Assembly (NCBI GenBank): GCA_016776635.1
Contig: JADHSZ010000001.1
Span: 35,064 to 99,063, forward strand
DNA from: Alphaproteobacteria bacterium
GTDB taxonomy: Bacteria > Pseudomonadota > Alphaproteobacteria > UBA11136
Length of the DNA stretch: 64,000 nucleotides
Direction of reading: 5' to 3'
The position numbers and the translations under genes are program-made. Positions 36,136 to 45,751 of this stretch are shown in pieces; within the stretch, counting starts at the first letter, position 1; every line of letters starts with the position of its first letter. Below the pieces are notes generated by a model that had not been told where the DNA came from, ran no database searches, and saw only the letters and a program-made list of their open reading frames with translations.

Positions 36136-37334
36136 TTCCCCGGCTATCCGCACCCTTCGATGTGACGGACGCCGGAGCTTTGGTGAGCGGCTGGGTGCGC
36201 CCCGGCGGCGAGGTGGCCTTTGAGGCGGCGGTGGCGGAGATGACCGGAAAGCGTTTTGTTCTGGCCTTCCCCTCCGGACGTAGCGGTTTTCACGCCCTGA
36301 TCAAGGCCATGGGGTGGCAAGACCGGGAGATCGTGCTTCCCGCCTACACCTGCGCGGTGATGGGCAACACGGTGCTGGCATCCGGTAACCGTCCACGCCT
36401 GGTGGACATCGAGGATTCGGACTTCAACATGGGGTTCAGGGCCCTGGCCTCAGCGGTGGGACGGGACACGGCGGCGGTGGTCGCCACCCATATGTACGGC
36501 TTTCCCATGGACCTGGAGGGGCTGGGCAAGGTCCTTGAAGGCCGTCCAGAGGTGGTGGTGATCCAGGACTGCGCCCTTGCCCTGGGGGCGCGTTATCAGG
36601 GACGTCCAGTATGGAGAGATGGGCTGGCGGTAATGTTCTCTTTCAGCCTGGGCAAGCACTTATCAACGGTGGAGGGTGGGGTGATGGCCACCGACGATGA
36701 GGGCCTCTACGCCGCCATGAAGGATTATCGGGATGGCACCCATCATCCGGCGGGGATCGTGCGAGCCGCTCGCCAATCGGCCTTCTTTATGGCCGGATGG
36801 CTGGGACTCAGGCCCTGGCTTTACAGTCTGGTCCATGGACTGACAACACGCACCGGGGCACTCGGTTTTCTGTCCAAGCACTACGAGCCGAACCGGGTCT
36901 ATCTGCCGCCCAATTTCCGCGAGAGGCTGCCCAACTGCCTCGGTCACTTGGGGGCTAATCAGGTGGGCAAGGCCTCCGGTTTGGTGTCGCGGCGCATCGA
37001 AATATCAGAGGCCTATCGGCGTGAACTGGCCGGGGTTCCCGGATTGAGTTGGCCGTCTCCCCGCGACGGGGCCAGTTTTTCCCACTGTCCATGCCTGATC
37101 GAAGACCGCGACGGCTTCATTGCCTTCATGACCGGACAGGGCATCCACGTGGGCAAGGAAGTGTTCGACTACGCTTTACCCGATATCCCCCTGTTTGCGC
37201 CCTTCGCGGATGGGGATTGCCTCGAGGCAAAAAAAGTGGCGCGTTGGGTGGCCCTGTTGCCTAACCATCCCGGTCTGAGCGACAATGATGTGGAGCAGGT
37301 GATCGCGGCGACCAAACGATGGGGCGTCCTATGA
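36132..37334 (+). CDS. DegT/DnrJ/EryC1/StrS-family PLP-dependent sugar aminotransferase (ArnB-like)
   Basis: Aspartate-aminotransferase fold with the catalytic lysine in FSFSLGKHLSTVEGG. It is overlapped and co-oriented with the GT2 upstream. Confidence 0.85.
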   Translation: MIPRLSAPFDVTDAGALVSGWVRPGGEVAFEAAVAEMTGKRFVLAFPSGRSGFHALIKAMGWQDREIVLPAYTCAVMGNTVLASGNRPRLVDIEDSDFNMGFRALASAVGRDTAAVVATHMYGFPMDLEGLGKVLEGRPEVVVIQDCALALGARYQGRPVWRDGLAVMFSFSLGKHLSTVEGGVMATDDEGLYAAMKDYRDGTHHPAGIVRAARQSAFFMAGWLGLRPWLYSLVHGLTTRTGALGFLSKHYEPNRVYLPPNFRERLPNCLGHLGANQVGKASGLVSRRIEISEAYRRELAGVPGLSWPSPRDGASFSHCPCLIEDRDGFIAFMTGQGIHVGKEVFDYALPDIPLFAPFADGDCLEAKKVARWVALLPNHPGLSDNDVEQVIAATKRWGVL

Positions 37335-38794
37335 CCGCCATCTCGGTTATCACAGCTCCCGGAATTAAGGATTCCTGGCTCGACTATACGGTGCGGCTGA
37401 TGAGTCACCTGAGTGGTCTGAACCTGCAACTGGTTACTGCTTCTGAGACGCCCATTGAGGGGCCGAGGCTGTATTACGGCGTCCGGCCGGAGAAGTCCGG
37501 CATGCCGTTCATTCCCCGTTGTCCCGGTTATGCGCCTGGCCAAATGCGTTTCGTCCCCCTGGATTGTGGAGAGTCGGGAATGCAGGAAGTTCTAGTCTAT
37601 TCGGATACGCTTAACGAAACGGGAAACGGCATCGACCTGCTGTTCAATCTTTTCGCTTATGCCTCCTGCCTGGAGGAATGGGAACACGAGCGGCGCTCGG
37701 GACCCGTTCATTCCTACGCTTTGCGCCTTAAGGGAGACGGGCGGCGTTTCGACAGGCCCTACGCCAATTATATCGCATTGGCCCTGAGGCGGCTCATTGA
37801 CCAGGCTTTTCCAGGCGTTTGCCCTCCGGCTTCCGCGGCAGGGGCCATCTGCCTGACCCACGACATTGACGTGGTCGACAAGGCTTTAGTCACCCGACTC
37901 AAGGAAGGAGTATTCCGCCTGTTCAACGCAGGGCGCAGCATGGCGACCGGTCGGCCAAGCATGGCAGTGGATACCCTGGTCTCAGCTTGGCGTCTGGCGA
38001 CAAGCCGGGAGGGCTATTTCCACCTGGAGACCATTGCCGCCTTGGAGGCGCGCCACGGGTTTGTCTCGACCTTCAACGTTTTCACCAGGCAACGGCCCGG
38101 GAGTGTTTCCGGGTTCCTGCTTCGCGCCATTTTTGATCCTCCCTACGACCTTGCCCGTCATCCCCGGCTGGTGGCTGCCTTGAAGCGACTGGCGGCGCGG
38201 GGGCACGAAATCGGCATCCATTTTGCCTTTGATGCTTGGCGCGACGCCGAGTCCATGCAAGCGGAACGCCAGGTGGCGGAAGGAATCCTCAAGACGGGTT
38301 CTATTGTTTCCGCTCGCCAACACTGGTTCCGCTTCTCCCTAGCGGACACCTGGCAAGCTCAGCAACAGGCCGGGATTGAGGTTGACGCCACCCTTGGCTT
38401 TACTGATCGCCCGGGGTTCCGGGCCGGTCTTGCCAGTCCCTTCCACCCCTACGATCATGCCACTGGCAAGGCCCTGGATATGGTGGCTATACCAACGGTA
38501 TTAATGGACACCCACCTGTATTATTATGGCAACCTCTCGGTCGCCAAACGCCGCAAGACGGTCCGCCATCTGCTTGGTGAGGTCGGCGCGGTTGACGGCG
38601 AGGCCTGCGTCCTCTGGCACACCCATGTTTTCTCCGCCGATCACGGCTGGGGAGAGGATTACGAGGCGCTTCTGGGCATGATGGGGGTTCTGAACCTCGA
38701 ATCCCGTCTGGTCCGCGAAGGCCTAGGCGGCCCTGAGAAACTTCCGGGTCCGCCTGGAAGTTGCGAGGTACAAGCTGCCCTGGGGGCGGCTTGA
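37319..38794 (+). CDS. CE4 (NodB-type) polysaccharide deacetylase-family protein with an N-terminal extension of about 180 aa
   Basis: CE4 motif-1-like CLTHDIDVVD and motif-2 GHEIGIHFAF (compare the GHEIGNH NodB box). Confidence 0.55.
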   Translation: MGRPMTAISVITAPGIKDSWLDYTVRLMSHLSGLNLQLVTASETPIEGPRLYYGVRPEKSGMPFIPRCPGYAPGQMRFVPLDCGESGMQEVLVYSDTLNETGNGIDLLFNLFAYASCLEEWEHERRSGPVHSYALRLKGDGRRFDRPYANYIALALRRLIDQAFPGVCPPASAAGAICLTHDIDVVDKALVTRLKEGVFRLFNAGRSMATGRPSMAVDTLVSAWRLATSREGYFHLETIAALEARHGFVSTFNVFTRQRPGSVSGFLLRAIFDPPYDLARHPRLVAALKRLAARGHEIGIHFAFDAWRDAESMQAERQVAEGILKTGSIVSARQHWFRFSLADTWQAQQQAGIEVDATLGFTDRPGFRAGLASPFHPYDHATGKALDMVAIPTVLMDTHLYYYGNLSVAKRRKTVRHLLGEVGAVDGEACVLWHTHVFSADHGWGEDYEALLGMMGVLNLESRLVREGLGGPEKLPGPPGSCEVQAALGAA

Positions 38795-39010
38795 AAAACC
38801 CTACCTACGACATAAGCCGTCTGGTGCGATCAAAGCGTATTGCCACGGCTGATTTTCTGTGAATTTTATTAGAGGAACCTGTCATGAGTAGGGGATTTAG
38901 CGGAAAATTATTCTGCACAAGCGTGGTAGCCTCAAAATTCTGGTTAAAGAGTTCATGTTGAGCCAGAATCAGCCTACTTTGTGTCAGTGGCGTAAAGCCT
39001 CTTGGCCGCG

Positions 39011-39352
39011 ATGGGTGAAAATAGTCAAAAACACGAGAATGGTCCTGTGGAAAACATGCGCAAGAAGATTGAAAGTCTAGTCATACAGGCCTTGGCCGAC
39101 TGTTACGAAGAATTCGGCACAGAACTTGAGGCGAACCCCCAGAGCTTCATCTTTGGAGGAGATTCGCCTCTGGATTCCACAGCCGTGGTCTCCCTTCTGG
39201 TAGACTTGGAGGCGCGCATGGAGGACGAGATGAAAATAGTGGTTTCGTTTACTGATGAACGCGCCTTCTCCCAAGAGCAAAGCCCGTTTCACGACGTGAC
39301 CAGCATGACCGACTATATCATGGTTCTGTATGGGGAGAATCAAGGTGAGTGA
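39011..39352 (+). CDS. Acyl/peptidyl carrier protein (phosphopantetheine attachment site)
   Basis: About 100 aa acidic protein with a PCP-like motif FIFGGDSPLDSTAVVSLLVDLE (serine in GGDS). The start is ambiguous (39002 TTG, 39011 or 39056 ATG). Confidence 0.7.
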   Translation: MGENSQKHENGPVENMRKKIESLVIQALADCYEEFGTELEANPQSFIFGGDSPLDSTAVVSLLVDLEARMEDEMKIVVSFTDERAFSQEQSPFHDVTSMTDYIMVLYGENQGE

Positions 39353-40046
39353 CGATACCGTCATGCTGATCAGCGGCACCAGTCGCGGTATCGGTCGTCA
39401 TCTGGCCGAGCACTACGTTTCCCAAGGCTGGATTGTCGCCGGATGCAGCCGGGGCGAATGCGATCTGGAGCATCTCAACTACCATCACTCCACGGTCGAT
39501 ATCACCGATGAGGCCGAGGCCGTAGCTTGGGTGCGCGGCGCCTCAAAGGAGTTCGGGCGCATCGACGCAGCCCTCAACAACGCCGGTCTGGCGAGCATGA
39601 ATCACGCCCTCCTGACCCCGGTTGAGACCGTGGAAAATCTGTTCGACGCCAACTTCAAGGGCACTTTTGTGATCTGTCGTGAGGCTGCCAAGATCATGCA
39701 GCGACGCAAGTTCGGTCGTATCGTGAATTTTGGCTCTATCGCCGTGTCCATGGCCCTGGAGGGGGAATCAATCTATGCCGCGACTAAAGCCGCAGTAACC
39801 ACCTATTCCCGAATTCTGGCCCACGAGTTAGCGCCGTGGAACATCACTGTAAACGTGGTTGCCCCGTCGCCTATCAAGACAGATCTAATCAAGGGTGTGT
39901 CTGAGGGCACCATGCAGAAACTGCTGGATAGAATGGCTATCAAGCGCTATGGAACCTTCGAGGACACCAGTAACGTGATTGATTTTTTTCTAAGCCCGGA
40001 AAGCTCCATGATCACTGCTCAGGTTATCACTCTCGGAGGGCGCTGA
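39330..40046 (+). CDS. Short-chain dehydrogenase/reductase (FabG-like ketoreductase)
   Basis: Cofactor motif ISGTSRGIG and catalytic S..YAATKAA (YxxxK) with NNAG. It overlaps the carrier-protein gene. Confidence 0.8.
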   Translation: MGRIKVSDDTVMLISGTSRGIGRHLAEHYVSQGWIVAGCSRGECDLEHLNYHHSTVDITDEAEAVAWVRGASKEFGRIDAALNNAGLASMNHALLTPVETVENLFDANFKGTFVICREAAKIMQRRKFGRIVNFGSIAVSMALEGESIYAATKAAVTTYSRILAHELAPWNITVNVVAPSPIKTDLIKGVSEGTMQKLLDRMAIKRYGTFEDTSNVIDFFLSPESSMITAQVITLGGR

Positions 40047-41386
40047 TGGCATTTTGGCTGCTGGACCGCATTGAAGAATACGGTGAGCGCAAGGCCATCA
40101 TCTGCGAGGGCAAAGATTACAGCTATCACAATCTCTCCAATCTCGTTGAGGCTTGGCGTAGCCGTCTTGGTGAGGCTACGATTGGGACGGGTCGAGTGGT
40201 CGCTCTGGTCGGAGATTTCTCCGCCGAGACCTGCGCCGCATTCCTGGCCCTGATTGATGGCCGCAACATCGTCGTGCCCTTGACCCCGTCTACCTACGAG
40301 AAGAATCCGGAGTTCCTGGACATTGCCGAGGTCCAGTTCATACTGCGCCCAGACGTCTCCATGGATGTGGAGGAGCGTCCGGTGAAGATTGCCAACCCTT
40401 TGAACAAGGACTTCATTAAGGCGGGCAAGTCAGGTCTGGTGCTGTTTTCGTCGGGCTCGACGGGAGCCAGCAAGGCGGCCCTGCATGATCTGACATTACT
40501 ATTGGAGAAGTTCCGTATCCGGCGTCAGGCGCTGAGGACTATGATTTTTCTAATGCTCGACCACATTGGCGGGGTCAACACCTTCTTTCACGTTATTGCC
40601 AATGGCGGTACAGTAGTTGCGATCAGCGACCGAACCCCTGGCAACGTGTGCAAGGTTATCCAGGAAACCGGGGTCGAACTCTTGCCGGTTTCGCCCACCT
40701 TTCTCAACCTGATGCTTTTTTCCGGCGAGCACCGCAACTACGATCTCGGGAGCTTGAAGAAAATCACCTACGGCACCGAGCCCATGCCCCAATCGACCCT
40801 GGATAGGATGCACAGTGAGTGTCCCGGAGTTGTCCTGCAGCAGACCTATGGACTGTCCGAGCTCGGAATCCTGCGTTCGAAAAGTCGCAATGACGATTCC
40901 CTATGGGTCAAGGTGGGTGGTGAGGACTTTGAGACCCGGGTCGTGGACGGGGTTCTGTGGATCAAGTCACGCTCAGCCATGCTGGGGTATCTCAATGCGC
41001 CGTCGCCATTTGACGAGGAAGGCTGGTTTAATACCAAGGACGTAGTTGAGGTGGACGGTGACCACATTCGTATTCTGGGCCGCGATTCAGAGATCATCAA
41101 TGTCGGCGGCGAAAAGGTCTTTCCCACCGAGGTCGAGAATCATGTCCTGGAGGTTGAGAACATCAAGGACGTTATTGTATTCGGCGAAGCTCATTCGCTG
41201 ACTGGCCAAATGGTGGTGGCTAGCGTTAACCTGTTTGAGAAAGAGCTCAATCGCGATGTCAAAAAGCGCATCCGCATGTCCCTGAGGGAAAAGGTGGCCC
41301 CCTTCAAGATTCCTCAGAAAGTGATTGTTGCCGACGACGTCCACTTCAACGAGCGATTTAAGCGTATGCGGCTGAGGCGTACATGA
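40046..41386 (+). CDS. AMP-dependent synthetase/ligase (short acyl-CoA / acyl-carrier-protein ligase type)
   Basis: AMP-binding motif LVLFSSGSTGASKAALHD with TYGLSE, 446 aa. It is adjacent to the carrier protein and the SDR. Confidence 0.75.
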   Translation: MAFWLLDRIEEYGERKAIICEGKDYSYHNLSNLVEAWRSRLGEATIGTGRVVALVGDFSAETCAAFLALIDGRNIVVPLTPSTYEKNPEFLDIAEVQFILRPDVSMDVEERPVKIANPLNKDFIKAGKSGLVLFSSGSTGASKAALHDLTLLLEKFRIRRQALRTMIFLMLDHIGGVNTFFHVIANGGTVVAISDRTPGNVCKVIQETGVELLPVSPTFLNLMLFSGEHRNYDLGSLKKITYGTEPMPQSTLDRMHSECPGVVLQQTYGLSELGILRSKSRNDDSLWVKVGGEDFETRVVDGVLWIKSRSAMLGYLNAPSPFDEEGWFNTKDVVEVDGDHIRILGRDSEIINVGGEKVFPTEVENHVLEVENIKDVIVFGEAHSLTGQMVVASVNLFEKELNRDVKKRIRMSLREKVAPFKIPQKVIVADDVHFNERFKRMRLRRT

Positions 41387-41396
41387 GGGAACATGG

Positions 41397-42002
41397 TTGA
41401 TTGAGTTTCGTGATTTAGCGCCTTGTCACCTCAACAAGCTCGTCGAGGCCCACCTCACTACCTGGAGCGGGAACGACCTGTCGGTCCGCTTGGGGGAAGG
41501 TTTTGTCAGGAGGTTCTACGAACTGGCCATTGAGGATACCACCTCCTTTGCCGTGGGAGCCGGGACATCGGAGAATGAGGAATTGAGTTGCTGGTGTCTC
41601 GGCTTCACCTGCTATGAAGATTTCAATTCCCGACTAAAAAAGTCCCTGGGACTTGGGTTCTATTTTCTAGTCCTCGGTCGGATGCTGACCGGACGTTTGC
41701 CTCTGGGCCAGATCGCTGACCAGTTCCTGCGTCCCAAGCCCTATCGCAAGGCCCAATGCCCGGACGCTCATCTCGGCGCCTTCGGATGTTTCGAGGAGGG
41801 TATGGAGGCAGTCCTGACGTTGTCCTCCCTGATTGGCCATGTGGCAGAGAGACTGGGCGAATCTCACCCGGCATGCTGGTCGGTCACCGCCAAGGACAAT
41901 CGAGGCGCCGACATGGTTATGAAACGGGCCGGTTTCAAGGTTATCGACGCAATACGTCTGAGCGGCAGTGAAACGGTGATATATGAATATACCAGCCGAT
42001 AA
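41397..42002 (+). CDS. Putative GNAT-like N-acyltransferase (hypothetical)
   Basis: 201 aa. The C-terminal ..MVMKRAGFKVID resembles GNAT motif B. It sits at the end of the carrier-protein module. Weak assignment. Confidence 0.4.
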   Translation: MIEFRDLAPCHLNKLVEAHLTTWSGNDLSVRLGEGFVRRFYELAIEDTTSFAVGAGTSENEELSCWCLGFTCYEDFNSRLKKSLGLGFYFLVLGRMLTGRLPLGQIADQFLRPKPYRKAQCPDAHLGAFGCFEEGMEAVLTLSSLIGHVAERLGESHPACWSVTAKDNRGADMVMKRAGFKVIDAIRLSGSETVIYEYTSR

Positions 42003-42996
42003 GGTCATGAATCTGCTGCGCTGTCCGGCATGTGGTCACGATCAATTGGACTTCGAGGTGCAGAGCGGTTCCTGGGCCATGTGCGGATACTGCTCGGAGG
42101 AATTCCCGGTTATCGACGGTATCCCGTTTCTGTGTATTGGGGATATTGTCGGACTTGCCAGGCAGTGCGGCCCGGAGTTTCTTGATGACGAGCAAGGCGG
42201 CAACGAGATCAAGCGGGCCAACGTAATCTATCACAACGAGTTCGCCGAATCTTACGAACAGGACGTTTCCACCTACGACATGTTCCAGGATGGTGGTCCC
42301 TGTCAGCAACGTCTCGATCATAACCTTGCCGAGGCTGCTGCGCGCACTGGCGGTGGAGTGCTGGTGGATGTCTGCTGTGGCACCGGCAATGTGCTCAGTG
42401 CTGCGCAAGAGTATTTTGACACGCGGCTCGGTATCGACCTGTCGACCAGCATGATGAAGATTGCGCATGGGCGCGGCCTGGAAGTATTGGGCGGCGACGC
42501 AACCAATCTTCCGATTAAGGATAAGAGTGCTGACTGTGTTACTGCCTTCAGCGCTCTGCACCACGTTCTCGACTATGAGGCTATGGCCGCTGAGATGGCG
42601 AGAGTCCTGAAACCGGGCGGCACTTTCTATTCGGACTGGGACCCCAATGGCCACGTTACCCACACCGGCTGGGCGGTGTCTTTGGCCACAGGAACCCTAA
42701 AAGCTCTACGTCGTCTGACCTCCAAGGTCAACATCCCCGAAACCCCGTTGCAGGATCTGGCTGAATGTCATCACCACTCCGAGGACGGATTCGACGGCAA
42801 AAAAATATGGACTGTGCTGGAGAAGGCCGGGTTCTCCAGGGTCGAGGTCTATTACCACATCAACCCGCCGAGCCTCGGCAAGACCTCGTCTTGGGGGCTC
42901 TATGGCTGGTTTATGGCGGCACTCAAGATCGTTAGTTTCATCGTCCCAACGAACAGCAAGGTTCTACCCTATGTCGCCGTAGTGGCGGTCAAATAG
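41983..42996 (+). CDS. Class I SAM-dependent methyltransferase with an N-terminal Trm112-like zinc ribbon
   Basis: N-terminal LLRCPACGHDQL..CGYCSEEFPVIDGIPFL (CxxC..CxxC). Motif I is VLVDVCCGTGNV and motif post-II is VLKPGGTF. Confidence 0.75.
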   Translation: MNIPADKVMNLLRCPACGHDQLDFEVQSGSWAMCGYCSEEFPVIDGIPFLCIGDIVGLARQCGPEFLDDEQGGNEIKRANVIYHNEFAESYEQDVSTYDMFQDGGPCQQRLDHNLAEAAARTGGGVLVDVCCGTGNVLSAAQEYFDTRLGIDLSTSMMKIAHGRGLEVLGGDATNLPIKDKSADCVTAFSALHHVLDYEAMAAEMARVLKPGGTFYSDWDPNGHVTHTGWAVSLATGTLKALRRLTSKVNIPETPLQDLAECHHHSEDGFDGKKIWTVLEKAGFSRVEVYYHINPPSLGKTSSWGLYGWFMAALKIVSFIVPTNSKVLPYVAVVAVK

Positions 42997-43002
42997 AGAT
43001 TT

Positions 43003-43893
43003 TTAGTCCGTGTAGGCGATGGGGCCGACGGCTCCGTCCCATTGGCCATACTTGACTTCCTTGATCGGCAGATCCTCCGCCTTCAGCTGCTCGGCGTAAT
43101 GGTCGCAGCGTATCCCTTTGTAGCCGTTGTCCGCCATGTGGGTGAACAGGTCACGCAGGTGATCGCGAAAGTGGACATAATCATATTCGGTGTGCAACAG
43201 CAGGCATAAAAAATCGTCACAAGCTTCGATTTGGCTGATCAGGTCATCGAGGCTTTTTTTGTGGTTACCCCGATTGCGCACAACAATGGAGAACACCGAC
43301 TCAATGTTAACCGGCACCTGGATGGTGGAGGAGACTCTATCACCAACCCTGACCTGGCACGGTTCAGGGCCTCCCACGTCTGATGCATAGAGGAATTCCA
43401 TGGGATCCTGCACATCGGCAAAAACCTGATTGTAGCGCCGCCCCGGAGAGCCGGTGCCGGCTGGGTCGTGGCCAAGGATGTCCCGGTAGGCCTCACAGGC
43501 CATATCGATCTGTTTTCGGTAGTCGACGGCGCTCATGGAATAGGCATTGTCGGAAATGGTGGCGTGATCGTAGCCGTGCAGGGCGATCTCATGGCCATGT
43601 TCCTCGATCATCCGTAGCACCTCGGGATGCCCGGCACCGATATCGCCTGTTTTGTCCACGTCCTTGTCGAACCAAGTGTAGGTCTTCCAGGGCTTCATAT
43701 AGAAACTCTGCTTCCAGAACGAGGGTCGCCAGATGCGCCAAAGCGCAGCCTTGAGCACATTGTTCTGTCCCAGGGGGATGAAGAAGGAGGCCTGGAAGTT
43801 ATGTTTCCCCAACTCCTTGAGATAAAACGGGATGGCGTTGCGGATTCCCTCCACCGAGTCCACGTCGATCCGGATAATAACGGACTTTGTCAC
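43003..43893 (-). CDS. CE4 polysaccharide deacetylase-family protein (ArnD-sized, 296 aa)
   Basis: CE4 motif 1 RIDVDS and motif 2 HGHEIALHGYDHA. Confidence 0.65.
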   Translation of the reverse strand: MTKSVIIRIDVDSVEGIRNAIPFYLKELGKHNFQASFFIPLGQNNVLKAALWRIWRPSFWKQSFYMKPWKTYTWFDKDVDKTGDIGAGHPEVLRMIEEHGHEIALHGYDHATISDNAYSMSAVDYRKQIDMACEAYRDILGHDPAGTGSPGRRYNQVFADVQDPMEFLYASDVGGPEPCQVRVGDRVSSTIQVPVNIESVFSIVVRNRGNHKKSLDDLISQIEACDDFLCLLLHTEYDYVHFRDHLRDLFTHMADNGYKGIRCDHYAEQLKAEDLPIKEVKYGQWDGAVGPIAYTD

Positions 43894-45533
43894 GGAGCAG
43901 CTTTTGTCACTTGATGGCTCGCAACGAGTTCGCCGGTTTCCTCACTGCCTTTTTCCGCCTTGGCGGTTGGGATTTTGACCGTCTTGAGAGGTGGTTCACT
44001 CTCGCGGATTCGCACTCCACCGTCGAACAGGATGCGTCTGAACCATAGCAAGTAGGTTCCCATCACGTGCTGGGACACAGGATCCGAGTTGCGAAAGGTG
44101 AGGAACAGATCGATGAAGAACATGGTTATGGTTTTGGGCATGAAGGCTAACAGCCTGACCAGATTCTTCTCGAGGATGAAGAAGCGGGCCTTTTTAGGCA
44201 GGGCTGGCATGATGCGGTAGAAAATGGCGTAGGCCCGGAACAGTCTCTTGAGCTTGATGTCGGTGGTGATGCCGTAGTCATAATAAAAGTTGGAGTGGCC
44301 TTGGTTGATCTTGTCCTCATCCTCGGGCTTGATCATCCCCCACTCGATGGCCTTCTTGACCATTGGGGTCTTGGGATAGCAGGTAAGGAAAAAAGTATTG
44401 ACCTTGTGCACCTGCTCGCACTTTGAATATTCCCAGGCGGCATTATAGAGATTTTCTTCATTGTTCTCGTCGGGCAACCCGAAGATATGGTCACAGGAGT
44501 ATTTAACCCCGTACTTGTCCAGGGAATCAAAACAGGCGCGAATCTGTTCGTTGGTCTCGGGACGGTACAGGTGCTTCTTGCGGTTTTCCTCGTTCATGGA
44601 CTGGATGCCGAGCTGCAGGCGGTAGCAACCACTTTCGCTGAGCAGCCGCGCCACCTCGTCATTCATGGGTAGCGGGTGTCCCATGCAGATGTAGGGGATG
44701 TTGATTTTCTCTTTGTACTTCTCGGCGAATTCGCGGAACCAAGCGTGGTTGGAATAGAAAACGTTATCCTCAAAGTCGATCAGGCGGATGTCGTAACGCC
44801 TCTTGGCCTCAAGCAACTCGTCGATGACTAGGTCGGGGGAGCGCCGGCGTGGGTCGCGGCTGCCGTTGAACTCTTCGTAGAATGCCTGGGAACAGAAGCT
44901 ACACGAGATGATGCAGCCCTTGGACGCATGGATGTAGTAGCGATTGCCGACATGAATATCGTCCTCGAACAGGGCCATGTCGTCGGGCTGTAGCTCGTTC
45001 AGGTCCTGTAGTGGGCGCACCGGGTTACGCACCAGCCCAGACTCCTGGCCGTCATCGGTCTTGAAAATAAGGTTGCCGATGGAGGTGTCGATTTTACCCC
45101 GGTCCAGGGAGTCGGCTAACTCGACCATGGGTTGCTCGCCCTCGCCCATGCATACGATGTCGACCCAGGGGGTGCCAAGCGGCGTCTCGGGGCAGTTGGT
45201 AGGAAAGACTCCACCAAAGATTACGGGGGTGTCGATGCGTTTTTTAACACCCTCAGCGATGGCGATGGCCCACTGATAGGTATCGGAGATAACACTGATA
45301 GCCACTATGTCGGGTTCCAGAGCGACGATTTTGTTAATCGCTTTCTTGCGCTGCGAAAACATCTTGGCAAGTACGTTGAAGGGGAAGCTACTGCCCGAGA
45401 AATAAAGGTGCTCGTCGAACAGAGAAGGATCGAAGACCAGAGCGGTCTCATGGCCGGCATGCTTGAGGGTTGCCGAGATGCTCCCGGTACCCATGTTCAT
45501 TTCGCCCATTGTCACGAATACGATTTTAGCCAA
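43890..45533 (-). CDS. Cobalamin(B12)-binding radical SAM protein (class B rSAM) #2
   Basis: N-terminal B12-binding domain (MAKIVFVTMGE..) and CX3CX2C in SKGCIISCSFCSQ. Its stop is overlapped by 4 bp with the CE4 gene. Confidence 0.8.
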   Translation of the reverse strand: MAKIVFVTMGEMNMGTGSISATLKHAGHETALVFDPSLFDEHLYFSGSSFPFNVLAKMFSQRKKAINKIVALEPDIVAISVISDTYQWAIAIAEGVKKRIDTPVIFGGVFPTNCPETPLGTPWVDIVCMGEGEQPMVELADSLDRGKIDTSIGNLIFKTDDGQESGLVRNPVRPLQDLNELQPDDMALFEDDIHVGNRYYIHASKGCIISCSFCSQAFYEEFNGSRDPRRRSPDLVIDELLEAKRRYDIRLIDFEDNVFYSNHAWFREFAEKYKEKINIPYICMGHPLPMNDEVARLLSESGCYRLQLGIQSMNEENRKKHLYRPETNEQIRACFDSLDKYGVKYSCDHIFGLPDENNEENLYNAAWEYSKCEQVHKVNTFFLTCYPKTPMVKKAIEWGMIKPEDEDKINQGHSNFYYDYGITTDIKLKRLFRAYAIFYRIMPALPKKARFFILEKNLVRLLAFMPKTITMFFIDLFLTFRNSDPVSQHVMGTYLLWFRRILFDGGVRIRESEPPLKTVKIPTAKAEKGSEETGELVASHQVTKAAP

Positions 45534-45751
45534 GGATCAACGCCTTTTTCACTCGATGGATTGAAGCTTTCAGACCTAATGCCGACACGTTATATCGAGG
45601 GTCTTCCTTCCTGGCTGGACTTTGCTGCGCAGATTTAATCCAGATAGGGTTTCACTTCAAGAACTTCAAACATATCTTTGCAAGAACTATCTTATTATCC
45701 CTTAATTATCCCTTATGACAAATTCGAACAAGCGGGATCAGGTGACGTTTA

